Positions 27,985-41,073 of a DNA stretch of 64,000 nucleotides are shown piece after piece. The translations under genes and the position numbers were made by a program. The notes beneath the pieces are model-generated. The model did no database searches, was not told the origin of the DNA, and saw only the letters and a program-made list of their open reading frames with translations. The number at the start of each line of letters is the position of its first letter. Position 1 is the stretch's first letter. The DNA is from Eledone cirrhosa (taxonomy: Eukaryota): assembly GCA_964016885.1 (NCBI GenBank), contig OZ024756.1, positions 11,160,001 to 11,224,000 on the forward strand, given 5' to 3'.

Positions 27985-30900
27985 TCACTTGTAGCTTGCT
28001 GTGTGGTGTGGTCAATGTTGTGTGACACAGTTGATACAGTGTGACCAGAGGTTGCATGTCTTGGCTGTGTCATGTGGTCACTGTTGTGTGACACAGAGTG
28101 ACCAGAGGTTGTATATCTTGTAGCTTGCTGTGTGGTGTGGTCACTCTTGTATGATACAGTGTGACCAGAGGTTGCATGTCTTGTAGCTTGCTGTGTGGTG
28201 TGGTCACTCTTGTGTGATACAGTGTGACCAGAGGCTGCATGTCTTGTAGCTTGCTGTGTGGTGTGGTCACTGTGGTGTGATACAGTGTGACCAAAGGTTG
28301 CATGTCTTGTAGCTTGCTGTGTGGTGTGGTCACTGTGGTGTGATACAGTGTGACCAAAGGTTGCATGTCTTGTAGCTTGCTGTGTGGTGTGGTCACTCTT
28401 GTGTGATACTGTGTGACCAGAGGTTGTATGTCTTGTAGCTTGCTGTGTGGTGTGGTCACTCTTGTGTGATACAGTGTGACCAGAGGTTGCATGTCTTGTA
28501 GCTTGCTGTGTGGTGTGGTCACTCTTGTGTGATACAGTGTGACCAGAGGTTGCATGTCTTGTAGCTTGCTGTGTGGTGTGGTCACTCTTGTGTGATACAG
28601 TGTGACCAGGAGGTTGCATGTCTTGTAGCTTGCTGTGTGGTGTGGTCACTCTTGTGTGATACAGTGTGACCAGAAGTTGCATGTCTTGTAGCTTGCTGTG
28701 TGGTGTGGTCACTGTGGTGTGATACAGTGTGACCAAAGGTTGCATGTCTTGTAGCTTGCTGTGTGGTGTGGTCACTCTTGTGTGATACTGTGTGACCAGA
28801 GATTGTATGTCTTGTAGCTTGCTGTGTGGTGTGGTCACTCTTGTGTGATACAGTGTGACCAGAGGTTGCATGTCTTGTAGCTTGCTGTGTGGTGTGGTCA
28901 CTCTTGTGTGATACAGTGTGACCAGAGGTTGCATGTCTTGTAGCTTGCTGTGTGGTGTGGTCACTCTTGTGTGATACAGTGTGACCAGGAGGTTGCATGT
29001 CTTGTAGCTTGCTGTGTGGTGTGGTCACTCTTGTGTGATACAGTGTGACCAGAAGTTGCATGTCTTGTAGCTTGCTGTGTGGTGTGGTCACTGTGGTGTG
29101 ATACAGTGTGACCAAAGGTTGCATGTCTTGTAGCTTGCTGTGTGGTGTGGTCACTCTTGTGTGATACTGTGTGACCAGAGGTTGTATGTCTTGTAGCTTG
29201 CTGTGTGGTCACTCTTGTGTGATACAGTGTGACCAGAGGTTGCATGTCTTGTAGCTTGCTGTGTGGTGTGGTCACTCTTGTGTGATACAGTGTGACCAGG
29301 AGGTTGCATGTCTTGTAGCTTGCTGTGTGGTGTGGTCACTCTTGTGTGATACAGTGTGACCAGAAGTTGCATGTCTTGTAGCTTGCTGTGTGGTGTGGTC
29401 ACTGTGGTGTGATACAGTGTGACCAGGAGGTTGCATGTCTTGTAACTTGCTGTGTGGTGTGGTCACTCTTGTGTGATACAGTGTGACCAGAGGCTGCATG
29501 TCTTGTAGCTTGCTGTGTGGTGTGGTCACTGTAGTGTGATACAGTGTGACCAGAGGTTGCATGTCTTGTAGCTTGCTGTGTGGTGTGGTTACTCTTGTGT
29601 GATACAGTGTGACCAGGAGGTTGCATGTCTTGTAGCTTGCTGTGTGGTGTGGTCACTCTTGTGTGATACAGTGTGACCAGAGGTTGCATGTCTTGTAGCT
29701 TACTGTTTGGTGTGGTCACTGTAGTGTGATACAGTGTGACCAGAGGCTGCATGTCTTGTAACTTGCTGTGTGGTGTGGTCACTCTTGTGTGATACAGTGT
29801 GACCAGAGGCTGTATATCTTGTAGCTTGCTGTGTGGTGTGGTCACTCTTGTGTGATACAGTGTGACCAGGAGGTTGCATGTCTTGTAGCTTGCTGTGTGG
29901 TCACTGTGGTGTGATACAGTGTGACCAGAGGTTGCATGTCTTGTAACTTGCTGTGTGGTGTGGTCACTCTTGTGTGATACAGTGTGACCAGAGGCTGCAT
30001 GTCTTGTAACTTGCTGTGTGGTGTGGTCACTCTTGTGTGATACAGTGTGACCAGAGGTTGCATGTCTTGTAGCTTGCTGTGTGGTGTGGTCACTCTTGTG
30101 TGATACAGTGTGACCAGAGGTTGCATGTCTTGTAGCTTGCTGTGTGGTGTGGTCACTGTAGTGTGATACAGTGTGACCAGGAGGTTGCATGTCTTGTAGC
30201 TTGCTGTGTGGTGTGGTCACTCTTGTGTGATACAGTGTGACCAGAAGTTGCATGTCTTGTAGCTTGCTGTGTGGTGTGCTCACTGTGGTGTGATACAGTG
30301 TGACCAGGAGGTTGCATGTCTTGTAGCTTGCTGTGTGGTGTGGTCACTGTGGTGTGATACAGTGTGACCAGAGGTTGCATGTCTTGTAACTTGCTGTGTG
30401 GTGTGGTCACTCTTGTGTGATACAGTGTGACCAGAGGCTGCATGTCTTGTAACTTGCTGTGTGGTGTGGTCACTCTTGTGTGATACAGTGTGACCAAAGG
30501 TTGCATGTCTTGTAGCTTGCTGTGTGGTGTGGTCACTCTTGTGTGATACTGTGTGACCAGAGGTTGTATGTCTTGTAGCTTGCTGTGTGGTCACTCTTGT
30601 GTGATACAGTGTGACCAGAGGTTGCATGTCTTGTAGCTTGCTGTGTGGTGTGGTCACTCTTGTGTGATACAGTGTGACCAGGAGGTTGCATGTCTTGTAG
30701 CTTGCTGTGTGGTGTGGTCACTCTTGTGTGATACAGTGTGACCAGAAGTTGCATGTCTTGTAGCTTGCTGTGTGGTGTGGTCACTGTAGTGTGATACAGT
30801 GTGACCAGAGGTTGCATGTCTTGTAGCTTGCTGTGTGGTGTGGTTACTCTTGTGTGATACAGTGTGACCAGGAGGTTGCATGTCTTGTAGCTTGCTGTGT

Positions 30901-33030
30901 GGTGTGGTCACTCTTGTGTGATACAGTGTGACCAGAGGTTGCATGTCTTGTAGCTTACTGTTTGGTGTGGTCACTGTAGTGTGATACAGTGTGACCAGAG
31001 GCTGCATGTCTTGTAACTTGCTGTGTGGTGTGGTCACTCTTGTGTGATACAGTGTGACCAGAGGCTGTATATCTTGTAGCTTGCTGTGTGGTGTGGTCAC
31101 TCTTGTGTGATACAGTGTGACCAGGAGGTTGCATGTCTTGTAGCTTGCTGTGTGGTCACTGTGGTGTGATACAGTGTGACCAGAGGTTGCATGTCTTGTA
31201 ACTTGCTGTGTGGTGTGGTCACTCTTGTGTGATACAGTGTGACCAGAGGCTGCATGTCTTGTAACTTGCTGTGTGGTGTGGTCACTCTTGTGTGATACAG
31301 TGTGACCAGAGGTTGCATGTCTTGTAGCTTGCTGTGTGGTGTGGTCACTCTTGTGTGATACAGTGTGACCAGAGGTTGCATGTCTTGTAGCTTGCTGTGT
31401 GGTGTGGTCACTGTAGTGTGATACAGTGTGACCAGGAGGTTGCATGTCTTGTAGCTTGCTGTGTGGTGTGGTCACTCTTGTGTGATACAGTGTGACCAGA
31501 AGTTGCATGTCTTGTAGCTTGCTGTGTGGTGTGCTCACTGTGGTGTGATACAGTGTGACCAGGAGGTTGCATGTCTTGTAGCTTGCTGTGTGGTGTGGTC
31601 ACTGTGGTGTGATACAGTGTGACCAGAGGTTGCATGTCTTGTAACTTGCTGTGTGGTGTGGTCACTCTTGTGTGATACAGTGTGACCAGAGGCTGCATGT
31701 CTTGTAACTTGCTGTGTGGTGTGGTCACTCTTGTGTGATACAGTGTGACCAGAGGTTGCATGTCTTGTAGCTTGCTGTGTGGTGTGGTCACTCTTGTGTG
31801 ATACAGTGTGACCAGAGGCTGCATGTCTTGTAACTTGCTGTGTGGTGTGGTCACTCTAGTGTGATACAGTGTGACCAGAGGTTGCATGTCTTGTAGCTTG
31901 CTGTGTGGTGTGGTCACTCTTGTGTGATACAGTGTGACCAGAAGTTGCATGTCTTGTAGCTTGCTGTGTGGTGTGGTCACTGTGGTGTGATACAGTGTAA
32001 CCAGAGGTTGCATGTCTTGTAGCTTGCTGTGTGGTGTGGTCACTCTTGTGTGATACAGTGTGACCAGGAGGTTGCATGTCTTGTAACTTGCTGTGTAGTG
32101 TGGTCACTCTTGTGTGATACAGTGTGACCAGAGGTTGCATGTCTTGTAGCTTGCTGTGTGGTGTGGTCACTCTTGTGTGATACAGTGTGACCAGAGGCTG
32201 CATGTCTTGTAGCTTGCTGTTTGGTGTGGTCACTCTTGTGTGATACAGTGTGACCAGAGGTTGCATGTCTTGTAGCTTGCTGTGTGGTGTGGTCACTGTA
32301 GTGTGATACAGTGTGACCAGGAGGTTGCATGTCTTGTAGCTTGCTGTGTGGTGTGGTCACTCTTGTGTGATACAGTGTGACCAGGAGGTTGCATGTCTTG
32401 TAGCTTGCTGTGTGGTGTGGTCACTGTAGTGTGATACAGTGTGACCAGGAGGTTGCATGTCTTGTAGCTTGCTGTGTGGTGTGGTCACTCTTGTGTGATA
32501 CAGTGTGACCAGAGGTTGCATGTCTTGTAGCTTGCTGTTTGGTGTGGTCACTCTTGTGTGATACAGTGTGACCAGAGGTTGCATGTCTTGTAGCTTGCTG
32601 TGTGGTGTGGTCACTGTAGTGTGATACAGTGTGACCAGGAGGTTGCATGTCTTGTAGCTTGCTGTGTGGTGTGGTCACTCTTATGTGATACAGTGTGACC
32701 AGGAGGTTGCATGTCTTGTAACTTGCTGTGTCGTGTGGTCACTCTTGTGTGATACAGTGTGACCAGAGGCTGCATGTCTTGTAACTTGCTGTGTGGTGTG
32801 GTCACTGTGGTGTGATACAAAGTGACCAGAGGTTGCATATCTTGTAGCTTGCTGTGTGGTGTGGTCACTGTGGTGTGATACAAAGTGACCAGAGGTTGCA
32901 TGTCTTGTAGCTTGCTGTGTGGTGTGGTCACTGTGGTGTGATACAAAGTGACCAGAGGTTGCATGTCTTGTAACTTGCTGTGTGGTGTGGTCACTGTGGT
33001 GTGATACAGTGTGACCATAGGTTGCATGTG
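27985..33030. repeat. 63-bp tandem minisatellite (~80 copies) with a ~1255-bp higher-order duplication
   Basis: GTGTGATACAGTGTGACCAGAGGTTGCATGTCTTGTAGCTTGCTGTGTGGTGTGGTCACTCTT; near-identical ORFs at 29399-30283 and 30654-31538. Confidence 0.97.
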
Positions 33031-33454
33031 TCCAGGTAAGTAAGTGTTCAATAAGATGATGATGATATGATAGTTCCTTGATCACACAGAAAAGGAATAT
33101 ATATAAATGAACCACGATGACACCAAACTATCATATTATTAATTTATTGAAAATAACTCACGCCGAAGCTATACGAAAAATACACAAGAATTATGGACGT
33201 TATTTGATTGTTTATAAAAGTAGAATTAAATTGTATTTGCCAAGAAAACTTCAGGAACTTCACTGGCTTGGTTAAGAGAGAGATTAAGAACACCCAATCT
33301 AGCCGACACTATATCATACACTAATAGGACCAAAATACACAAACATAAACACCCCAAACAACCACTAACACCACACAGTCAATACACAACAATGACCAAC
33401 TCCAACCAAAATGAGACTGACCAACGATATACCAATAATTCAATAGCCCTCAGG

Positions 33455-33916
33455 TGAAATTGTGAAAAGCCAGAGGAATGCCCACTGAGCGGAGAGTGCC
33501 TCATCAGGAACATTATATACCAGTGAGATGTCATGGCTGGGCACAAGGAATACATGTATATAGGTGCAATCTGAACAACGTTTAAGGAGCGACTGTACAA
33601 CCACAGAAGCTCCTTCAACCACAGACCTAAGTGTTCCCAAACCAGACTGGCAGGTTTGATCTAGGACCTCAAGGATAGAAACCTGAAATACCAGATCAAA
33701 TGGTTCGGAAGGAGACGTATGGCCCAACATTCCACCAGAGGGAGCCACTGCAGGTTGTGCCTGGCAGAATCGGCAGAGATCGTTAATTTAAAATCAGAAA
33801 TCTTCAGACACACAAAAAAAGCCTCCATTCTCCGCCGTGGTATTCGGACATTAACCACAGACAGACCAAGACTTAACCACCTTAACTCAGACAACAATAC
33901 GTACACAACATCCTAG
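33455..33916 (+). pseudogene. Penelope-like GIY-YIG endonuclease with Cys-rich linker, several in-frame stops
   Basis: One frame reads *NCEKPEECPLSGECLIRNIIYQ*DV..EYMYIGAI*TTFKERLYNHRSSFN..LI*DLKD..IKW..HCRLCLAES..NLKSEIFRH. Confidence 0.9.
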
Positions 33917-34134
33917 TAACTACCACAATTATTATCACGTCTCACCAACTTTATCATTCATTACCATTGATATTCTCATTAATATTATATACTTTATCAT
34001 GTCCCTCATTAGTAAACATATCACCATGTATTCACCACTCTCACCCACATCAACACACACCTCACACACCAGCCACCCACATACACCACCAGCATCCTAT
34101 TAATTACTTTCATTTGTATCACCAATTTTATCAC

Positions 34135-34516
34135 CGGGATTGGCAATATCGGTAGAGAGTCGGACGCCATGCTTTCCAGCATAGTTACGTCCCTTTACGG
34201 TCTGAGTTCAAATCCCGCCGAGGTTTACTTTGCCTTTCATCCTTATGGGGTCGATAATATAAAATACCAGTAATGTACTGGGTAATTGCTGGCCTTGTAC
34301 CTAAAGTAGAAACAATTATTTATTGGTAGATTGGCAGTATACGTAGAGGGTCAGACACCATGCTTTCTAGCATAGAGTTATGGCCCTTTACGTTCTGAGT
34401 TCAACTCCCGCCGAGGTTAACTTTGCCTTTCATCCTTACGGGGTCGATAAAATAAATAAAGTACCAGTAATACACTGGGATAATTGCTGGCCTTGTGCCA
34501 AAAGTAGAAACAATTA
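34135..34516 (+). mobile_element. Two tandem SINE family B copies
   Basis: GATTGGCA(A/G)TA heads at ~34138 and ~34329, B-boxes, core and AGTAGAAACAATT tails. Confidence 0.88.
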
Positions 34517-34694
34517 TTACTATAACATTTATTTCCTATTACTATTAACATTTTCACCCTTGTAATACATATCCAACTAAACTTTTTTACCACATATTTG
34601 TGGTTACGTATACTCTATATATGAGTGTGTGTGTGTGTTCCGGTGTATAAATTAGCATATATAGTTAGTGTAGCAAATATTTCTTCGGCACATA

Positions 34695-35031
34695 GAGGCA
34701 CATGGCTTAGTGGTTAGAGCATTGGCCTTGCAATCGAAAGATTGTGAGTTCAATTCTCAGACCGGGTGATGTGTTGTTTCCTTGAGCAAGACACTTTATT
34801 TCACATTGCTCCAGTTTCCTCAGCTGTAGAAATGAGATGATAGGGACTATCATTCCACTGCAAATTGGTCGTGGAGGTGCCACGGCAAAAAAGCACCCAG
34901 CACTCACTGTAAATGAGGTTGGTGTTAGGAAGGGCATCCAGCTGTAGAAATCAAGCCAAAATCAGTTCCCGTCGCACCCTTGCAAGCAGGGAAAAGTGGA
35001 CGTAAAATGAAATGATGATGATGATGATGAT
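34695..35031 (+). mobile_element. SINE family A
   Basis: GAGGCACATGGCTTAGTGG head to GGACGTAAAATG(ATG)n tail. Confidence 0.9.
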
Positions 35032-35324
35032 TCATTCATCTAATTATATTCACTTCACACACTAGCCACATTCCCTATTCACTTTTTTTCTAGATTAAAA
35101 AAAAACCCTTTAAGAATATAGATAGTTTACACACTAAACACACCACAGAAAACGTTAGACCCCCCCTAATACACATACACACACATACATCCCACCCACC
35201 CACCAAAGCTTCATCCTCATCCTAGGTTTAATTTATTTTAATTTATTTATTTTATTCCTCTTTGACAAACCTCTGCCCAACAGAACCCCCCACCCTTAAT
35301 ACAGCAACGCACTCTTTCATCTCC

Positions 35325-35710
35325 CATCACGTGCAGCCCATAACCTCACCCACACCCAACACCATCACCATCGCATACAGCCCATAACCTCACCCACACC
35401 CAACAGCCTCACCATCATGTACAGCCCATAACCTCACCCACACCCAACACCCTCACCATCACGTACAGCCCATAACCTCACCCACACCCAACACCCTCAC
35501 CATCGCGTACAGCCCATAACCTCACCCACACCCAACACCCTCACCATCACCATCACGTACAGCCCATAACCTCACCCACACCCAACACCCTCACCATCAG
35601 GTACAGCCCATAACCACCTCCACATCCACACCCAACACCCTCACCATCACGTACAGCCCATAACCACCTCCACACCCACACACAACACCCTCACCATCAC
35701 GTATAACCCC
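35325..35710. repeat. ~44-bp C/A-rich tandem repeat
   Basis: CAGCCCATAACCTCACCCACACCCAACACCCTCACCATCACGTA repeated ~8 times. Confidence 0.9.
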
Positions 35711-35973
35711 CTCCACTCCACACACACCCACCGCCACCACCACCACCTCCACAGCACAATGTCTATGAAACAGCTAAAACACCACACACCCACAACTCCC
35801 ACCAACCATCACTCCCCACCACCACCTCTTCATTATAATCCCCCCCCCATCACATACCAAAACATTTCTTATAGTAAAACCCCCAACCAAAACAACAGTA
35901 ACTGACCCCCATAAATGAATGTGAATCGTTATAGACCTTTCTAAGTCCTACAAGTTCATTCTGTCATTACCAC

Positions 35974-36074
35974 AGCAGAGGTCTGATGAGCTTTTGATTC
36001 CAGAGTCAGGCTAGATCAATACAGATCGAACCTTGAGCTGATCAATAGTGAAACACATGTCACTGCTCAATAAA
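35974..36074 (+). ncRNA. Type I hammerhead fold with long stem II, followed by AATAAA
   Basis: AGCAGAGGT-CTGATGA(35983)-GCTTTTGAT...ATCAATAGT-GAAA(36050)-CACAT-GTC-ACTGCTC-AATAAA. Confidence 0.6.
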
Positions 36075-36127
36075 CATAATGAAGACATAACAAATCGTCC
36101 TTTTCATTATTTTATTATTATTATATA

Positions 36128-36316
36128 GGGTGGTGGATTGGCAGTATTGGTAAAGGGTCAGACATGCTTTCCAGCATAGTTACGTCCCTTTACGATCTGA
36201 GTTCAAATCCCACCGAGGTTAACTTTGCCTTTCATCCTTACGGGGTCGATAAAATAAAGTACCAGTAATGTACTGGGTAATTTGCTGGCCTTGTGCCAAA
36301 AGTAGAAACAATTATT
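36128..36316 (+). mobile_element. SINE family B
   Basis: GGTGGTGGATTGGCAGTATTGG head, B-box, core, tail. Confidence 0.88.
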
Positions 36317-36429
36317 ATTATATTCTGCTTAGTTCTACACCTCTATACTGACTGGAAACTACGTTGAGTGCTCACTCTGGTGAACCTCCAGTAACTGGAC
36401 GTTACATACCCTATATATATATATATATA

Positions 36430-37037
36430 TATCATCATCATCATCATTTTTACGCCAGCTTTTCCCTGCTTGCAACGGTGGGACGGGTCCTATTCAGCAC
36501 AGCATCTCTCCACTTGTCACGGTCCTTCGTCATCTCCACTGTGAGCTTCAGCAATCTGAGGTCTGTTCTCACCACCTCCGCCCATGTTTTTCGTGGTCTA
36601 CCTCTACCACGTCTTCCTTCAACTGGCATTTCCTGGCACTTTTTCACCCATCGGTCATCCTCCATGCGCATCACATGTCGATACCACCGCTGTCTCCTCT
36701 CTCGCACACTACATTCTATCCCTCTCAGACACAGTTTCTCTCTCAACACATCAATGCTTGGTCATTTATGCACACTTATACTGCACATCCAACGGAGCAT
36801 GCTTGCCTCATTTCTCTCCAGCCGTCGCATATCCTCTGCAGTTGCTACCCAAGTCTCACTACCATGCAGCATCGCGCTCCTCACACAGGCATCATATAAC
36901 CAGCCTTTCATACGCAGGGAGAAACCCTTCTTCGTCAGCAGAGGAAGCAGCTCACTAAACTTCTTCCAACTCATCCTTATTCTAGATACTATGGCCTTGG
37001 AAACCCCCCGCCCATCCTCTCCTAGGTACCGGAAGCT
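36430..37037 (-). pseudogene. RTE LINE 3' fragment whose terminus matches the SINE A tail
   Basis: [46 protein letters not shown] then (GAT)n. Confidence 0.9.
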
Positions 37038-37056
37038 ATATATATATATATATATA

Positions 37057-37393
37057 TCATCATTCATCATCATCATTTCATTTTACGTCCGCTTTTTTCC
37101 TGCTTGCAAGGGTGGGAAGGGCTTGATTTCTACAGCTGGATGCCCTTCCTAACACCAACCTCATTTACAGTGAGTGCTGGGTGCTTTTTTGCCGTGGCGC
37201 CTCCACGACCACTTTGCAGTGGAATGATATGGACCCCAGTCCTATCATCTCATTTCTACAGCTGAGTAAACTGGAGCAATGTGAAATAAACTGTCTTGCT
37301 CAAGGAAACAACACATCACCCGGTCTGAGAATTGAACTCACAACCCTTCGATTGCAAGCCCAATGCTCTAACCACTAAGCCACGTGCCTCCAC
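37057..37393 (-). mobile_element. SINE family A
   Basis: Same head, core and tail as 16948-17288. Confidence 0.9.
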
Positions 37394-37407
37394 ATATATA
37401 TATAGAT

Positions 37408-37521
<114 letters not shown>

Positions 37522-37614
37522 AAATTTGGTGGTTCACCACTGGGTAGAATTGGTCATTCCTCAATATAAACCATGATGTTATATTATGAAAGCACTCAGC
37601 GTTATGCAACTCAT

Positions 37615-38109
37615 CCATCCTTGATGTTGAATCTTGTTGGTGGTGCACCATCCTCGATGTTGAATCTTGTTGGTGGTGCACCATCCTTGATGTTGAATCT
37701 TGTTGGTGGTGCACCATCCTTGATGTTGAATCTTGTTGGTGGTGCACCATCCTTGATGTTGAATCTTGTTGGTGGTGCACCATCCTCGATGTTGAATCTT
37801 GTTGGTGGTGCACCATCCTTGATGTTGAATCTTGTTGGTGGTGCACCATCCTCGATGTTGAATCTTGTTGGTGGTGCACCATCCTTGATGTTGAATCTTG
37901 TTGGTGGTGCACCATCCTTGATGTTGAATCTTGTTGGTGGTGCACCATCCTTGATGTTGAATCTTGTTGGTGGTGCACCATCCTTGATGTTGAATCTTGT
38001 TGGTGGTGCACCATCCTTGATGTTGAATCTTGTTGGTGGTGCACCATCCTTGATGTTGAATCTTGTTGGTGGTGCACCATCCTTGATGTTGAATCTTGTT
38101 GGTGGTGCA
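37615..38109. repeat. 33-bp tandem minisatellite, ~15 copies
   Basis: CCATCCTTGATGTTGAATCTTGTTGGTGGTGCA. Confidence 0.97.
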
Positions 38110-38185
38110 AGAATGGGGTTAAATTTTATTATAGGGTAAAATGACAGGAAGCCGGACAGGTTGTATTCCTTCAAATTTTTATTAC

Positions 38186-38256
38186 TGCAAACGCTATGCA
38201 CATTTCGGTAGCTAGGTTCCATACAAAGCTAGTGACTTCATCAGGTGTGTATTGCA
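38186..38256 (-). ncRNA. Hammerhead fold (stem I partly degenerate) followed by AATAAA
   Basis: Minus strand TGCAATACACAC-CTGATGA-AGTCACTAGCT...AGCTACC-GAAA-TGTGCA-TA-GCGTTTGCA-GTAATAAA. Confidence 0.55.
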
Positions 38257-39699
38257 TAATAGTTAGGAAAAAATAGAGAATGGAAAAATAGAGAGTGAAG
38301 AAAAGTGTTTTTTTGTTTTTGACTCAGAGATGATTGACTGGCTCTGTTGTCATTTGGGTGAATTACCTCTGAGTGACTACTCTGTCCTATCAATTTGTTA
38401 TGTGGGCAGGGGTTGTACTGTTTATTGAGTGAGTTGGTTACTAATAACCCCGACCAGAGGGAGTTACTAGTAACTTTGAGGATTTCTAACCTAAGAGAAG
38501 TTTAGGGTTAAATATTTAAGAAACTAAAGTTTATTTTAAGAATTAAGGAATTAAAAATTAAGATTAGAAATTAAAATGAATGTTTAAAAAATTTAAGTAG
38601 GGAGAGGGCTAGAGTGTTTGTGCATTAATATAAGTCTTTGATAGTCATAATCAGTATATTTGTAGCACATCACCTACTGGGATGTTGGTCCTACAGTCAC
38701 ATTACAGATACCAGTTATCATTCTATTGATAGAGTTGAGACGTAATAAACAAATAAGTTATGGTTAAACTAAGTTTAAGATTTCTATCTGTCTTGGGTTC
38801 TTTGCGTTGTTAAATGTAAGATTCCTATGGGATGTGAGGTAGTCTAGCCCTGTACTGTATAAGGAGTGTGGTAAAAAGAGTACCCAGCTGTAGAAACCCT
38901 GCCACACAAAGGGATGGAAGGTCTGTTCTGTTGTTTCAAAGACATGATAACATCCCTAGTGTTGGTGCCATGATAAAATACACTTGGTAGAGAGTGGAAA
39001 CATAAGTAAGTGAAATGCACAGCCACATCCTGTCTGGGAGGTCAGTAGCTGTGCTTTAATACTGACTTGGTCTCTGATGAGCTGGCCAACCCTTGCTACT
39101 AGGGATAACATATGTTAAATGATGATGAAGACTTTTGATGGTGCTCTTTGCTCGGCAGTGACTTGCAGCATAAGATTCACTTGACTTTACTGTTCATTCT
39201 GTGGCATTGGGAAACATTAACTATGAGTAAGAGGTGGCACCAGTAACAAGCTGGTACATCTTACATGAAATATGACTTATACAAATGGAATGCAGTTTTG
39301 AATATTGAAAGAAAGACAGGATTATTATATAATACAAAGCAAACTTCGCCATTAGAAGAAGAAATATTCCAAGAGAGAATTATCTCTCCACTAACACCTT
39401 TAATATAGTTACTAAAACAGACAGAGATCTATAACACTAGGGGATGAGGATAATCTCCTGTAGATAGAGAATCTTATGTTGTAAATAACAAGAACAACCT
39501 GTTACATACACTACACTGGTTACATAAGAAAATTGGAATAGAATTCAGTTTTTGATAGAATCACGTGAAGGCAACCTTCAAGGAAAGAGAATTGATAAAA
39601 ATCTGAGAAATATTTGAGTTAAGAGAGCTAAGACGTTTAGATTCAGACTAGAAATACTGTGGAATTAATGGATGAGCTTTGGATAAAGAGAAGACAAAG

Positions 39700-40325
39700 A
39701 AAACATGTGTATGTCTGTGTTTCTGTGTGTTTGTGCGTGTTTGTGTGTGTGTATGTCTGTGTTTGTGTGTGTGTGTCTGTATTTATGTCTGTGTTTCTGT
39801 GTGTTTGTGCATGTGTGTGTGTGTATGTCTGTGTTTGTGTGTTTGTGTGTGTATGTGTTTATGTATGTGTTTGTGTGTTTGTGTGTGTTTGTGTGTGTGA
39901 ATGTCTGTGTTTGTGTGTGTCTGTGTTTATGTCTGTGTTTCTGTGTGTTTGTGTTTGTGTGTTTGTTTGTGTGTGTTTGTGTGTGTGTATGTTTGAGTGT
40001 GTGTGTCTGTGTTTCTGTGTGTGTTTGTGTGTGTGTGTGCCTATTTGTGTGTGTGTTTGCTTTTTGTGTGTATGCAGGTGTGTGTGTTTGATTGTATGTG
40101 TGTGTGCACGCATGTGTATGTGCATATGTGTGTGCATGTGTGTGTGCATGTGTATATATGTGTGTGCATGTGTATATATGTATGTGCATGTGTGTGTGCA
40201 TGTGTGTGCATGTGTCTGTGCATATGTGTATGTGCATGTGTGTGTGCATATGTGTGTGCGCATGTGTGTGTGCATATGTGTATGTGCATGTGCATGTGTG
40301 TGTATGTGCATGTGTGTGTGTGTAC
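39700..40325. repeat. (GT)n-rich compound microsatellite
   Basis: Direct reading. Confidence 0.95.
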
Positions 40326-40489
40326 TTGTGACAATTTGTGTTTTGACAAAGATGAGGAGAATGTACTCAATACGAAATCTAAGTGTAAATGTTGTAGCAA
40401 TGTGACAATTTTCTGTTGTCACTCAGAGTTTCGTGATAGCTAAGCACAACATGTGACAGCAATACACAAGAAGATAAGGTTTACAATCA

Positions 40490-40838
40490 TCATTCATCAT
40501 CATCATCATCATCATTTTACGTCCGCTTCTCCCTGCTTGCAAGGATGGGATGGGAACTGATTCTGGCTTGATTTCTACAGCTGGATGCCCTTCCTAACAC
40601 CAACCACATTTACAGTGAGTGCTGGGTGCTTTTTTGCCGTGGCATCTCCATGACCACTTTGCAGTGGAATGATAGGGACCTCAGTCCCTATCATCTCATT
40701 TCTACAGCTGAGTAAACTGGAGTAATGTGAAATAAAGTGTCTTGCTCAAGGAAACAACACATCACCCAGCCTGAGAATTGAACTCACAACCTTTCGATTG
40801 CAAGCCCAGTGCTCTAACCAATAAGCCATGTGCCTCCA
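40490..40838 (-). mobile_element. SINE family A
   Basis: Family head, core and tail. Confidence 0.9.
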
Positions 40839-40934
40839 ATATAAAATATATTTAGGACAGTCATTTCTTTCTTTTATCCAAATAAATGAGATAACGAGGT
40901 GGAAGAAGAAGAAGAAGGAGAAGAAGGCAAAGAA

Positions 40935-41073
40935 GAACCCTAGTACATTACTGGTGCTTTATTTTATCTACCCCTATAAGGATGAAAGGCAAAGCTAACC
41001 TTGGCAGGATTTGAGCTCAGAGTGTAAAGGGGCATAACTCTTTGCTGTAGAGCATGTTGTCCAACACTCTACC
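40935..41073 (-). mobile_element. Diverged SINE family B
   Basis: GGATGAAAGGCAAAGCTAACCTTGGCAGGATTTGAGCTCAG. Confidence 0.75.

Noticed and set aside
27909-33115. Mucin-like T/H-rich ORFs up to 351 aa
   Set aside because: Products of the 63-bp array with frequent +1/-5 indels that shift the frame; no coding signature
39074-39082. CTGATGAG here, CTGACGAG at ~6117, and minus-strand CTGATGAG at ~26886 and ~33500
   Set aside because: No properly placed stem II-GAAA-NUH-stem I arrangement; chance core matches
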